NCBI GenBank assembly: GCA_963693365.1
Contig: CAVNZM010000012.1
Span: forward strand, 1,674,001-1,738,000
DNA: 64,000 bases
Origin: Amoebidium appalachense
Lineage: Eukaryota; Protista; Ichthyosporea
Direction of reading: 5' to 3'
Shown: one piece after another, positions 38,595 to 51,211 of the stretch
Layout: every line of letters starts with the position of its first letter
Numbering within the stretch: position 1 is the first letter of the stretch
Translations under genes and position numbers: made by a program
Notes under the pieces: generated by a model
The model's input: the letters and a program-made list of their open reading frames with translations, nothing else
Database searches by the model: none
What the model was told of the DNA's origin: nothing

Positions 38595-38678
38595 GACCAG
38601 GTGTACACACGTGTGTGTAGTGGGGGAAGGGGGAGGGGATGGGGGGGGTTCTTTTTTTCGCCCCCTCCCCCCCCTCCC

Positions 38679-38716
<38 letters not shown>

Positions 38717-39174
38717 ATTTATGAATTCACGGGTGCTTTTTTGTAGGTTTGTACAAGGCCTGGGGGGTGGGGTCCCGCCCCTCCACGCGCGGGGAGGGGG
38801 GAGGCTGGAGGGGGGGGGTGAGGGGGGGTGGGGGACGCACTGGCGTGTGCATGTTGAGTGTGGGCCGGTCAGTCAGTGCAGCTGTGTTAGTGCTTTTCTG
38901 GGTTCGGGGTGATAGCTCGACTCACGTTAGCCAGTTCAAGTCGACCAAATCGAAGGGCAAACGTGTTCGGAGATTCGGAGAAGGTGTGGATAGGGGGGGG
39001 GGGGGAGGTCGGGGGGCAAGGGACAGAGAGGAGAAAATCGTAGGTTGAAATTATCCTGTAGACCGTGTAAACCTGGGTTGTATTGGGAGGTATTAATCCC
39101 CCCCCCCCCCCCCCCCCCCCTTTCTTTCTTTCTTTTTTTTTCTTCTTTTTTTTTCTTTCTTTTTTTTTCTTTTT

Positions 39175-39218
<44 letters not shown>

Positions 39219-39227
39219 GGGGGGGGA

Positions 39228-39445
39228 GATCACTTAGGTGGGCGGTGATAGTAATGGAGGCCCTGAAGGGGGGATTAAACGAATTTTCTGTTGTTTTCAA
39301 CCTTTTTTTTTAAAGAAAAAATGGGGGGGGGGGGGGGGGGGGGGGGGAGGGGGGGGGGTGGAGGGGGTGATCACTTAGGTGGGCGGTGATAGTGATGAAG
39401 GCCCTGAAGGGGGAATTAAACGAATTTTCTGTTGTTTTCAACTTT
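39228..39445. repeat. Local duplication among G/T homopolymers
   Basis: gatcacttaggtgggcggtgatagt.atg.aggccctgaaggggg.attaaacgaattttctgttgttttcaac at ~39228 and ~39369. Confidence 0.85.
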
Positions 39446-39827
39446 TTTTTTTTTTTTTTTTTTTGGAGGGGGGGGGGGGGGGGGGGGGGGAGGGCGGAAG
39501 GGGGGAGTGGGTGGGTGGGTGGTGGTGTTAACAGGGGGGTGGTGGTGGTGGCGGCGGCTGGGTGGGGGGTGGGGGGGGGGGGGGGGGGGGGGTTACAGTT
39601 TTTTTTATTTTTTTTGGGGGGGGGGGGGAGGGGGGTGGGGCGGGGGGGGGGGGGGGGGGGGGGAGAAAAGAAAATTTTCTTTTCTCTCTTTTATTTCATT
39701 TTTATTTCTTATTTTTTTATTTATTTTTTTTTTTCTGGGGGGAGGGGGGGGAAGGGGGGGAAAGAAAATTTCTTTTCTCTCTTTTATTTCATTTTCATTT
39801 TCAAATGTTTTATTTATCTATTTTTTT

Positions 39828-39868
<41 letters not shown>

Positions 39869-40478
39869 GGTGTGGGGTGGATGAGGGGAGGGGGTGGGGG
39901 GGTGGGGGGGGATAAAGCGGGGTGGTGGTGGTAGTATTGAGGGCCGGGGGGGGGGGGGGTTGCCAAATTGAGGGGGGGGGGGGGGGGGGGGGGTATTTTT
40001 CTTTTCTTTTCTTTCTTCCTTTTGAGTTCTTTTTTGTATTTATGTGTGTGTGTGTGTGTGTGTGTGGCGGGGGAGAGAGGGGGGGGGGGGGGGGGGGGGG
40101 GGGTTGGGTAAGTGGGTAGGTGGTGGTGGTATTGAGAGTGGGGGGGGGGGGATTTTTTCTTCTTCATAGTTTTACAGTGTGTCCGCGGGCCGGGGGGAGG
40201 GGAGGAGGGCAGGCAACCAAATTCATAGGCCCTAATATTAAGTTTGGCTGCTAGGAGGGACGAAATGACTCATTTGTTTGCTCATTGATCCATGCAGGGC
40301 AGATTCTTTTTTTTCTTTACGTAGCTGCATGCCGCTACCATGTACAGAGATATGGTACAAATTAAAACTGTGCAGTGTATATTAACACCACAGTCGGTCA
40401 CACTATATATAACAATAGCCTTGGTCTAATCAACCAACCAAACGAAGACACAGTAGTAGCCGTGGTCTAAGTAGCCAA

Positions 40479-42272
40479 TCAAAAGAAGGCAAGGGCCTCA
40501 CCAGCCCTAAACAGTCCCTGTGGGTCTACCTTGTTTAGGTAGTCTACAAAACGTACCCTCTGTTCTTCCTTAAACACCCCCTGCATGCACTCACGCTGAA
40601 ACGGGCCCACCCTCCCATCCCCACCACGCCCAAAACAAAACAGTTTCGTGACTGCAGGCACACCGCCCATGTTTCTCAAAATAGTCTCAATTTCTAAAAA
40701 TGGCTCGCGCCAACGCCCGTCCAACCCATCACCAACACGAAGAAGGTTGAAAGCGAAATATTTCCCGGGGGAAAGTTGGAAAAGGGCCGCATTTCTATCC
40801 GTGTTGGTGATCTGCGCGTAACGCCACTCCGCCGCGCCGTTTACACGAAACGGTTTTTCCGCATTGTTTGAAAAGTTATTGTATTTCCGAACCCACGCCC
40901 TCCAGGCCTCGGCCACCTCGAAATCTTTATCGGCGGGGAACCAATATTCCATAAACTGACCGGGGGGGGCCTGTTCAAGCCACAACCCATCGTTTGCACC
41001 CAGGTTTTTGTTTGAGATGTATACCCCCGTACCGATGATGGATGTAAACATGAAACTTGTCGCGGCTACCTGTGTGTATTGGTTCTCCCCCGCCGTGAGC
41101 CCGAATGGAACCTGTTGTGGTTCGCCGCCCGTCACCTCAATATCCCCCAGGCGATTCTGCATTTCTTCATATCGGGAATTATACCACACGGGGGTCTGTC
41201 CGGCGGGCCGGCACTGTTTCGCTGTGTCCCCCCCACGGAAATTTATCGTGCGGAACGAGTTGCTCTCCAATACGGGGTCGTATGCCATGAAAATTTCACC
41301 GTACACGTCGCCTGACTCAGTGCCAAACTTGGGCCTGTTCACAATTTCGTCGAAGACCTTCTTGTTGTAAAACCCCGAATTTACCAACCGCTTATTCGAC
41401 TGCATGCAGAAAAAACTCCGGGGGACAACCTCAAGCTCCACCCCCGTTATGAGCGCAGGCAGGCCGAATCCGCTGCGGTGGAACGAAATTTCATGGGAAT
41501 TCTCAAGAACCCCCACCGTGCCGTTTGCCCACATAACCCGCAGAGCCGTGACGTGGTTGCTCACAAACGACCTGTTATGGTACCCCCCATGCACCGCATT
41601 TGCGATAATCCCACCAACCGTGAACGAAACACCATCGGTAACAGTCGGCAGGAAATAACCCTTAGGCCTAATATCCTGGTACAAATCTAGAAGAGACCTT
41701 CCAGCCCCGTACCTAACCTTTTTCCCTTGCGTGTCCAAACTGAAATCCCACGCCTTCTCTCCTCCCAAATCACCATGGCGATGACGAGCCAACGACACCA
41801 CCACCGTCTCCTTCTCATAATCTCGCGTAGTAACATAACCTGCGTCGGTGTGTTTTGAGCCCGTTGGTCGCACCTTACACCCGTTCTGCGCCGCCGTGGT
41901 CAAAATGTTTCTTAGCTGCTCGTCCGATGTAGGGAAGAGAACCGGAGCGGTGGTGGTGATGCCTGCATCTGTTCCTCCATACCAGTTGTGCCATGTGGGC
42001 CGCGTACCGTCCGGGTTGAATATTTGTCTGCAGTCGACAGTTGCACGTGATTTGTTGCCACTACGAGTTGTACGGTGAAGGAAAACACTGGAAAACGGTG
42101 AAGATTCCTCGGGACTCGAAACAGCTGCAGAATCTGATGCATCATGAAGGTGTGGAAGGGAAACGGCCTGGGAAACAGCAAGGAAAACAGAGAGTAGTAG
42201 GAAAAGGAGACACAAGAAGCCATTGGCTCTGTGCGCGAGCACCGTGACGAGTGGGAGAGCAGGCCCGGGCAT
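40479..42272 (-). CDS. Intronless secreted FAD-linked oxidase (FAD_binding_4, aldonolactone/gulonolactone-oxidase-like)
   Basis: Long clean ORF; likely start MPGPALP followed by a hydrophobic signal. Motifs TWHNWYG, P.S.EQL, KVRPTGSKHT (VRxxGSxH FAD-attachment-type motif), FTVGGIIANAVHG, GFGLPALITGVEL and C-terminal VDPQGLF. Confidence 0.85.
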   Translation of the reverse strand: MPGPALPLVTVLAHRANGFLCLLFLLLSVFLAVSQAVSLPHLHDASDSAAVSSPEESSPFSSVFLHRTTRSGNKSRATVDCRQIFNPDGTRPTWHNWYGGTDAGITTTAPVLFPTSDEQLRNILTTAAQNGCKVRPTGSKHTDAGYVTTRDYEKETVVVSLARHRHGDLGGEKAWDFSLDTQGKKVRYGAGRSLLDLYQDIRPKGYFLPTVTDGVSFTVGGIIANAVHGGYHNRSFVSNHVTALRVMWANGTVGVLENSHEISFHRSGFGLPALITGVELEVVPRSFFCMQSNKRLVNSGFYNKKVFDEIVNRPKFGTESGDVYGEIFMAYDPVLESNSFRTINFRGGDTAKQCRPAGQTPVWYNSRYEEMQNRLGDIEVTGGEPQQVPFGLTAGENQYTQVAATSFMFTSIIGTGVYISNKNLGANDGLWLEQAPPGQFMEYWFPADKDFEVAEAWRAWVRKYNNFSNNAEKPFRVNGAAEWRYAQITNTDRNAALFQLSPGKYFAFNLLRVGDGLDGRWREPFLEIETILRNMGGVPAVTKLFCFGRGGDGRVGPFQRECMQGVFKEEQRVRFVDYLNKVDPQGLFRAGEALAFF

Positions 42273-43647
42273 TGTGATGTACAGGGGGGGTGAGGGCGGG
42301 AACCCACGAACTGAAATAGTTTTCTTGGCAAAAGAACTGCAGAAGACCTCGGCCACAGTGGTTGTTCTAGCAGTCCACACACATGAAGCTTTATACCTGC
42401 ACAGCGTAAAAACGCCCCAACATGTACTGTCAAATTGATGTTTGTGGCGAAAATGCTGTGACTACAGAGCTCCATGTTGATTGACACTTGTACAAGACCA
42501 CTGGTCGAACACGTATACACTAGCATTGGCATCAAAGGAGAACTTCTATGATAACCTAGCGGTAGACTATCACTAATATATTGTGCGTCGCTGGGTTTAA
42601 TGTTCTTTCACACACATAAACGATGTTGATGTGGATGTCTATGGTGACAGAGACTAGTAGCATATATTTGTACGTGACTACTGTTTGGACTAGGTAATAG
42701 TATGTGAGGTAGCCTACTGTGTAAATCAGCCGTTGAACTGTGGCTCGTTAAGGACGAGGGATTACATATGTAGTATGCACATATGATGAGTGAAAAAACG
42801 AGGACAGAAGACATGATGAATATTGCACAAGGCCTAAGAAGGCTGATAATGTTACCAATTAGCAGCCCCGTTGTCACGTTGTGGTCCGAGTCTGGGAATC
42901 ATCTAATGACACACAAGCCTTGCAATTGCTTAATATATCGATAAAGTCTATATAAGATTTGCGATTACCTTTGGCATGTCCTAAAGCTTTAATAGTACGC
43001 GCCGGACGAACGAGTGTTCTTTTTTTTCGACAGTTAACAAGTGGGTGCCACATGATAGTGGCTCCAGTTCAAGGATTGAGTAGGAACTCCGTCCCAGAGC
43101 CCTGAGCGCTACCGGTATACGTATACGTAAGAAAGCCTGCTAGAGCCGGCACAGAGCCAAGTTTCATTGCATGCGTATTTTGCACACACACGTGTGTAAA
43201 AACTCGAAATTAGGCATTTCTGCTATGACGGCACTGAAAGAACCACACACCCCAAACTGGTGTAGCGAGGCCTCTGACTTGATTCTCACAAAAAGCGACG
43301 AGCGAAACGATTGGGGTTGCCAGAAAGGGCATCATTGGCTAAGGCTATAAGCCAATGATGATTTGGTTTCTATGGTTATATATGGATATATTATCATACA
43401 CAACATTTACCGATTACGCAACCTTGCCGGTACAGGATTCCTTCTCCAATCTACCGATTGATGTTTTAGCCAAAAATGGAAAGAACGGCAAAGCCAAAAA
43501 TAGCAAGCGGTGCACAGTGGGCCGCTGCCCCCGGGGGGCCCGGGCCATGGGCCAGCAAGTCAAGTGGAGAACTGACAGTTCGCTTACTTTTTCATTTTTT
43601 TTTTCCTACCCCAGGCCCTGAAATTAATGATTTCAATTCAGAGAAAC

Positions 43648-44961
43648 ATGGCTAGTGCACAAGCACTCTCACAACTGCTAGAAGATGTGCAAAGGGAAAA
43701 CGTGAAATTTCTAGAGGTAGCTTCGACAAGCGCACAGCGGGCCATTGATGCAGCCAGGGTAGAGGCGGAAAAGTTGGAGAAGGAAAGACGCGAGTTTGAG
43801 AAAGAGAAGGAGAAATGGAAGAAAGATACAGAGCTGTGGATGGAGGAAGAGCGTGCGAAGATAGAGAGGGAGAGAGAGGAATGGGCGGTGGAAAGAGAAA
43901 TGGAAAGAGCGGAACTTGACGAAGAAAAAGAATTGTGGAGAGAAAGGGCGGAGAGAGAGCTGATAGAACAAAAGGCGGCTTTTCAAGTTGAAACGAAAAG
44001 TTTTCAGGAGGAAAAGGCTCACTTTAAAGAACTGGCGGAAAGGGTAGATAGCGTGTTTGTGAGCGCACCCATTGTTAAACTTAACGTTGGAGGGGTGGTG
44101 TTTTCTACAAGCCTAGCGACCCTAAAAGCTGCCAAAGGGTCCTTTTTTGATGTCATGTTTTCTGGGCACAACACGAAGGACTTGTTGCCGCAGGAGGATG
44201 GAAGCTTCTTCATCGACGCCGACCCAACGTTGTTTCCTTACGTGCTGCAATACTTACGCTGCGTCCAAAAACGCGTTGATTTTCCCATAGATGCGGTTCC
44301 AAGCTCGGTACTCAATTCACTCCTCCTCGAAGCTACTTTCTACTCACTCAACCTATATGGAAACAAGCTGGACTGTTTAAAGGAGTCGGCTATTCTGCAG
44401 CCGTTCCAACGCCACTCACACGCACTCGTCAAGTTTTTAAAGCAAGACGGCATTTCTACTGATTGCACTTTCCCGCTATTGTACCGTGGGTCACGTGACG
44501 GTTGGCGTGCAGTCGATTTCCATTCCCATTGCGACAACAAAGGGCCTACGGTGGTTCTCATTCGTTCCGTCGAAGGATACATATTCGGCGGCTACACGGA
44601 AGACGAGTGGGATTCGAGCGGGGATACCAAATGTGGGCGCTCATTCCTGTTCTCACTTACGCGTCCTAACGGTGGAGCACCTTCCAAATTAGGAAAGGGG
44701 GGCCAGCAGGGGACCTTCCAGAGCATCTATTGTAGCAGTTACTGTGGCCCCGCGTTTTTGGAGGATGTGTGCGTGCGGGATCAACCCAATGCGAGTGCGT
44801 GCAGTACATCGGCGCTTGGTGTTTACTATGATTTGCCATCGGATTGTGGAGGGGGTGTTGGATGTGTGTCGTGCGGTTATTTGCCGGGGGGTGCAGCGAG
44901 CTATTTGGCCGGTGCACCGAACTTCGCTGTTGGTGAATTGGAGGTGTTGCAGGTGGTCTGA
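43648..44961 (+). CDS. Intronless coiled-coil + BTB/POZ (KCTD T1-type) + TLDc protein
   Basis: IVKLNVGGVVFSTSLATL...SFFDVMFSG...DGSFFIDADPTLFPYVLQYLR (BTB_2). LLYRGSRDGWRAVDFHSHCDNKGPTVVLIRS...IFGGYT...SFLFSL...GPAF...ELEV (TLDc). Confidence 0.93.
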   Translation: MASAQALSQLLEDVQRENVKFLEVASTSAQRAIDAARVEAEKLEKERREFEKEKEKWKKDTELWMEEERAKIEREREEWAVEREMERAELDEEKELWRERAERELIEQKAAFQVETKSFQEEKAHFKELAERVDSVFVSAPIVKLNVGGVVFSTSLATLKAAKGSFFDVMFSGHNTKDLLPQEDGSFFIDADPTLFPYVLQYLRCVQKRVDFPIDAVPSSVLNSLLLEATFYSLNLYGNKLDCLKESAILQPFQRHSHALVKFLKQDGISTDCTFPLLYRGSRDGWRAVDFHSHCDNKGPTVVLIRSVEGYIFGGYTEDEWDSSGDTKCGRSFLFSLTRPNGGAPSKLGKGGQQGTFQSIYCSSYCGPAFLEDVCVRDQPNASACSTSALGVYYDLPSDCGGGVGCVSCGYLPGGAASYLAGAPNFAVGELEVLQVV

Positions 44962-45284
44962 AAGATTTTTTTTCTTCCGAGGACGTTGGGTGAGTGGTAT
45001 GCAAGTGTGTAATGGGAGGGATAGGACGAACGAAAGGGTACTATGTACTCTCAACATGGAGGAGCCTCGACATGATGCATACACACGTGTGCCCTGTCCC
45101 TAGAAGATACACACTGCCACACAGACACACACGTAGCATATGGAGAGTCCATCTGTTTTTCTCATTCTCCATCCCCCCCCCCCCCCCCCCCCCCCGGGCC
45201 TCCTCCATCCCTCCCCCTTCCTCTGCTTATTGCGGTCCACTGCCGAGCTCGAGGCCAGTTCTGAGCTCTGATCCTTCCCCCCCC

Positions 45285-45315
<31 letters not shown>

Positions 45316-45911
45316 ACACGCCCGTTTTTTTTTGCAGGGGGTAAAGGGAGAGTTTGAATTGAGTTCAGCACACGGCAGAGTGGCCCTAAAGCTTACAGAA
45401 AGAGTAAATTTAATATTAAAATGGTTTCTAGTTAGACTAGCTATATTTTGTTTTGCATACGCGGTGCAGGAAAACTGAGACTTCAATGTGCAACAGGTTC
45501 AGAATCATTAGAATAGGACAAAGGATCAAATAGGGTTTATCTAACCCCGTATTCGAGGTACGGGTAAAGACAGTTGTTACGATTATCCTGTACATAATAC
45601 TTTCCTTCTGTATGGACAGTGTGCACGTCCGCTTGTATGTGCGGAACAAATGTGACAAAGTGTTTGACTTCATATTTTGACCCGAATACCCTGAAAACTT
45701 TGAATGCAGTCTGCACTGTGTGGGCAAGTCAAAGGGTGCTAGAAGTGCAACGCCGGTAGTTCCGGTGTTGAACTGCGAGCAACATTCATCCATCCCATGG
45801 CATCCATTCATTCCTTCCTCTTTTTTTTTTTTTTTTTTTTTTTTTGCTTTGTGGTGATGGTGGTGATGGCCCGTGGTGATGATGGTGGTGGTTTGGTGAG
45901 GAGAGGGGGAA

Positions 45912-45943
<32 letters not shown>

Positions 45944-46069
45944 TGGGGCTTCCCTCCATATGTCCGCTGCACCGCAATCGCATGGCATCCACTCGCTTCC
46001 GAACCCCCCCTCCCCCCCCCCCCGCCACCGCACACCCCCCCCCCCCCCTCCCCCCCCCCCCCCCCCCCT

Positions 46070-46105
<36 letters not shown>

Positions 46106-46130
46106 CCCACCCAACCAACCAACCGAACCT

Positions 46131-46186
<56 letters not shown>

Positions 46187-46442
46187 CAATTATTGCAATT
46201 TAAACCACTGTGCTCTTAACGACTGCTTCGGTCCGTGCCAAAAAGATCTGTAGACCTGTCCGGGAACACGATTTTTTTGGCCGGCAAAGGTTTCAGTAAC
46301 TGTCTATTCGATATTGTGGTGGCCTCCATCAGTAGTGTTGAGCGGGAAAAAAGGCAGGCAGAGGGGTGAAAGGGTGAGGAGCCCGGGGCGGCGGGCAAAA
46401 GGCAGGCAGAGGGGTGAAAGGGTGAGGAGCCCAGGGCGGCGG

Positions 46443-46479
<37 letters not shown>

Positions 46480-47695
46480 GCACGGTGGTAAGGTATGGCA
46501 ACGGAATTCGCCGAGGGAGGGCACTAGTACTGCAGGATATGCGCACGTGCACATGCCCTTAGGCTAGTGTGTACATGTTACGTCAGTGTTCACGTTTTTT
46601 ACGCGTACGAGGGGGCCCTACGTGTCGTACGAGAAAACTCTGTCAAGGTGTATTTATTATTGGTCCAGGTCGAATCCGTTTCGATCAGATTAGCCATATA
46701 AGGAAATTCAAAAAAATCGCCGAGTTTACGAAAGGGGGCTCTACGTATGTGCCACACACACCATTGACATGCAGTACCGGGCCGGGGGGGAGCTCCAGGG
46801 CGAGGGGTGGGGGGTGTTCAGGGAGTAGGGGGGAGGGGGGGGGGGTGTAATTGAGATGGAATTCGAATGCGTTATGTAGAATAGCTATAGTTACTTGCCG
46901 GTGGGTGGGTGGGTGGGTGGCCATGGGGGTGGGTGGGTGGGGGGGGGGGGGGGGGGAGGGGGGGGAGGGGGGGGGGCTGGGCATCCATTTGTTTGTACTG
47001 GATATCCCGTGTGCATGTACTGTATTCATGTGTTAGCAGAGCAGGCGAGTACAATAGGTGAACGAGTGGGTGGGGGGGTGATGACGAGGGGAAGCTGCAA
47101 AAAGGGGACTTCCGGGGAATGCGTTACAGATCTAGAGAAAATAGACATTCCTGACGGACAACACACTGCAGAGTGCAAACCACACAAAATTTAAGGGTAT
47201 GTATATATATATATATAATCAGGAGGAGGGGGGAGGGGGGAGGGTAAAGACCCAGCACCACATGATTACCGTATGATACGAAACGGTGTTGAAGTCGAAT
47301 GTAGGGTAAACCCTTTATATATGCTGCAACAAATGGCCTGCAGTTGGCTCGTATCTCCAAGTGTATTGAAAATATATCCCAGTATATTCAAAGTATATTC
47401 AAAATCATATCATAAAAACACCATTTTAGACCCGACAAGCCCCGCCCCCTAATTACACCCCCTACGTCCTGCAAATGTAAATTTGCTGAGCAACCAAGGT
47501 TTGCGGCAAAATACCCAAACTAGAACAGTGAGATCAAAGAAAAGGAATAAGTAAACGTGCGCAAGGCGGAACAGGTATGAAAACGAAAGAAAAACTTGTG
47601 TAAATACGGGGCTCAAAAGATCACGGAGTTACCCGTACATTCAAGCTGCAGTGTCTGGATTGTGTATCACAGTAGGTGTATGCATGTGTGTGCAA

Positions 47696-47743
<48 letters not shown>

Positions 47744-48200
47744 GCGCGCATGTGTGTGTTCCTGGTGCGCGCGCAGGTGTGCATCACCGTAGGCGTGTGT
47801 GTGTGTGCCGTGTGTGCAGGTGCTCGTATCTTTCTGTGTGCGTGGTACATGGACATGGTGTTTGCAGCGTCACAAACTGATGATATATAGAAATCCAGGA
47901 AAGTAATGCCCCCCCCCCCCCCCCCCCCCCCCTTCCCCCCCAATACACTACATTTCCGAGTAAAAATGGTCGGACTCAAAAAATTACAACAAAGCTGCAA
48001 ATGTTGAAGTAACAACCCCCCTCCCCCTCCCCACCCACCCCACACACACACACACACACACACACCAACACACACACACACTCCAATCCACGCACAGCAC
48101 TAGTAATTCAATGACAATAAATCAGAATATTTTTTAGTAATATTTCACACGACCAGGGCCCATGTTGGCCCGCAGAGGCTCCATGGGTAGAAGCAGTTGC

Positions 48201-48916
48201 CTAAAAAGGCAGGTGATTGAAAATAGTGCCAGGGGGGGTTATGATTGGCCGACGCTCTTCTGCAGACATTCTGTATTGGGGAATGATGGCGGCGGCGGGG
48301 GGGGGGGGTTTGAATGCGGAACACAGTACGAAGTACGCATACACGATGAGAAGCATGGTGCAGGACACATGCAAAGGCAAACATTCAACTATGCAGCATC
48401 AGCCATGCGCACAGTATGCGTCATAAGCAGAGCCCATCCTCAGGGAGGGCCCAAGTCATCAATTGCGTCTGAGTTTCGACCCCTTAGCCCGCGTATATAC
48501 GACGCTCCAACTCAGACAGCAGCATCAACTGAACTTGGGTGGGTCAACCCGTCTTGATCAAAGACGAGCAGGGTTGCTTATGCAAGCAAGGTGAGCAAAA
48601 CGGTGAAGATGTGTGTGCAAACTAATGCAGTGCAGCGACAAACGCGTGTGCTTACAGATGCACGACACAGAGCAACCATGCCCGGGGGGGGGGGGGGGGG
48701 GGGGGTTGGTTGGTTAGGGTAAGTAAAAATGGACTAGGTAGGAGTGGGTAAGGGAAGAACGAGGCTGTGTCGGTATGTGTTCGTGTGTTCGTGTGTCCGT
48801 ATAGTGTGTCTGTCGTGTGCCTGTGTCGTGTGCCGTGTGAGTGTGCATGTGTGCAAGTGCATGTGTTTTAATGAATGCATGTACGTGTGTGCATGCGTGC
48901 ACGTGTGTGTGTGTGT

Positions 48917-48981
<65 letters not shown>

Positions 48982-49264
48982 TGTGTGTGCGCGCGCGCGC
49001 GAGTGTGTGTGTGTTTATGTATCCATGTGTACGTGTGTGTGTGTGTGTGTGTGTGCGTGTACATGTACATGTACTTGTGTTGGGGCGAGTGTGTGTCAAA
49101 GCCCTATGGTGTCCACGCTGTGTGTGTGTGCACGATGGGTGTGTATCTGTGTCTGTTCAGCTCCAGCTCTCTTTCTTTCTTTCTCATGGTGGTGGTGGTG
49201 GTGAGTGGCTTGGATGGGGTGTTTGTGTTTGTGGTTGCGGTGGTAGTTGGGGGGAAAAGCCAAA

Positions 49265-49298
<34 letters not shown>

Positions 49299-49578
49299 AG
49301 AACGGACACCACCATCATACACACTCACGGACGCACCCACCCGGGCAACGCCTCCCCCCCCCCCCCCTCCCCCCTTCTCCTTCCCCCCCTCCCCCCCTCC
49401 CCCCCCCCCCTTCTCCCCCTTCCTCCTCCTCCCTTCCTTCCATCCTCCTCCCTCATCCTTTTCAATGTTGAATCCACACGCACCACCAATACACACAGAT
49501 CTACCGAAAGTGAAACATACACACTGATACATATACGCACAAACAGCAAACAAACACGCATGAACCTAAATCATCCCC

Positions 49579-49609
<31 letters not shown>

Positions 49610-49638
49610 AAAAGGCAAGAGAGAAGCACCCACCCAAC

Positions 49639-49669
<31 letters not shown>

Positions 49670-50881
49670 GCACACACACACACACACATTCACCCAAAGA
49701 ACACACACAACACACGCACCTACACACCCACATACTCATACAAAGATGCACGCGCACGTGCACAGAGCACACATGCACACGCATGCAAACCCACACCCAC
49801 TCTACATCCGCATCAACCACAGCAACCACACCCAACTACCCTTCCCAACCACCCACAGACACACAAACACATGCACAAACACATGCACAAACACATGCAC
49901 AAACACATGCACAAACACATGCACACACGCACACACACCCATCCGCTCCCCTCAACCCCCCACCCACCCACCCTTCCCCCCCCCCCCCCCCCCCCCCCTC
50001 CACCAACACACGCACACCCATCCCCCCCCACCCCCACCCCCTCCGCCCTTCTCCCCGCCCATTCCCATCCCCTTCCCCTCCCCACTACCACCACCACACA
50101 AACGCACACGCACACCTACCCTCGCTCTTGGCCAGAATCTCTTCGTTCATTGCATCGCAGATCTTAGCCATCAGGTGGGAGAGCTTTTCGTTGTCTTCCT
50201 GGATCTGACGTTGGTCTCGGAGTACCTCCGTGTTTTCCATCGTCACATCTGTACGTGTGCATGCAAATGTGAGGGGATTTCGAGGGAAAACCTAGTATAC
50301 CCACAGGGTCGTGCACACACGCACACATGCAAGCACACATACACACACACCACACACACACAAACAAACAGATAGGATGGTAGGTGCAGAAAGAAGGCAA
50401 GTGGGTATGTGTGTGTAGGTGTGTGTCTGTGGGTGCTGGTGGCGTGTGGGCCATCGGGGGGGGAGGGGGGGGGGGGGGGGGGGAGGGGCATGTTTACATT
50501 GCCTGACGTATTTGAAGAGTGGAGACGGGATGATACTGGTGATGTTGGTGATGTGTGCATGTGCGAGTGTGAGAGTGTGCGAGTGTGCGGTGTGTGTATG
50601 TGTGTTTGTGTGTGCACGCGCATGTGACTGTGTTTGTGTGGGTGTGGGGGAAGAGGGGCACTTCACGTGGGAGGCAGATATCGGGGAGTGAGTGAGTGAG
50701 TGAGTGAATGTGAGTGTGAGTGTGAGTGTGAGTGTGAGTGTGAGTGTGAGTGTTCGGGGGGAAGAAGGGGGGAGGGGGGGAAAGAGGGGGGGGGGGGGGG
50801 GGGGGGATGTCTGTGATTGCTGGTGCAATAGTGTGTACGAGGCTAATCTGTGGCAGGGTGGGGTGGGAGAGGGGGGGGGGT

Positions 50882-50918
<37 letters not shown>

Positions 50919-51158
50919 CGCGGAAGAGAGGGAGAGGCAGAGAATGTGTGTGTGTGTGTGTGTTGTGGTGGCAGAGGTGGGTGGGTGGGCGCGGGAGGGA
51001 AGGGGAGGGGGGAGGGGGAGAGGGAGGGGATGAAAGAAGAGCGTTGGGAGCGATTGTGTGCAGGAGAGGAAACGAGAACGGAACACGAAGGTGCACGTGT
51101 GAAAGTGTCTGCCACCCATAGTTCGTGTGTGACTGTGTGTGTGTGACTGTGTGTGTGA

Positions 51159-51211
<53 letters not shown>

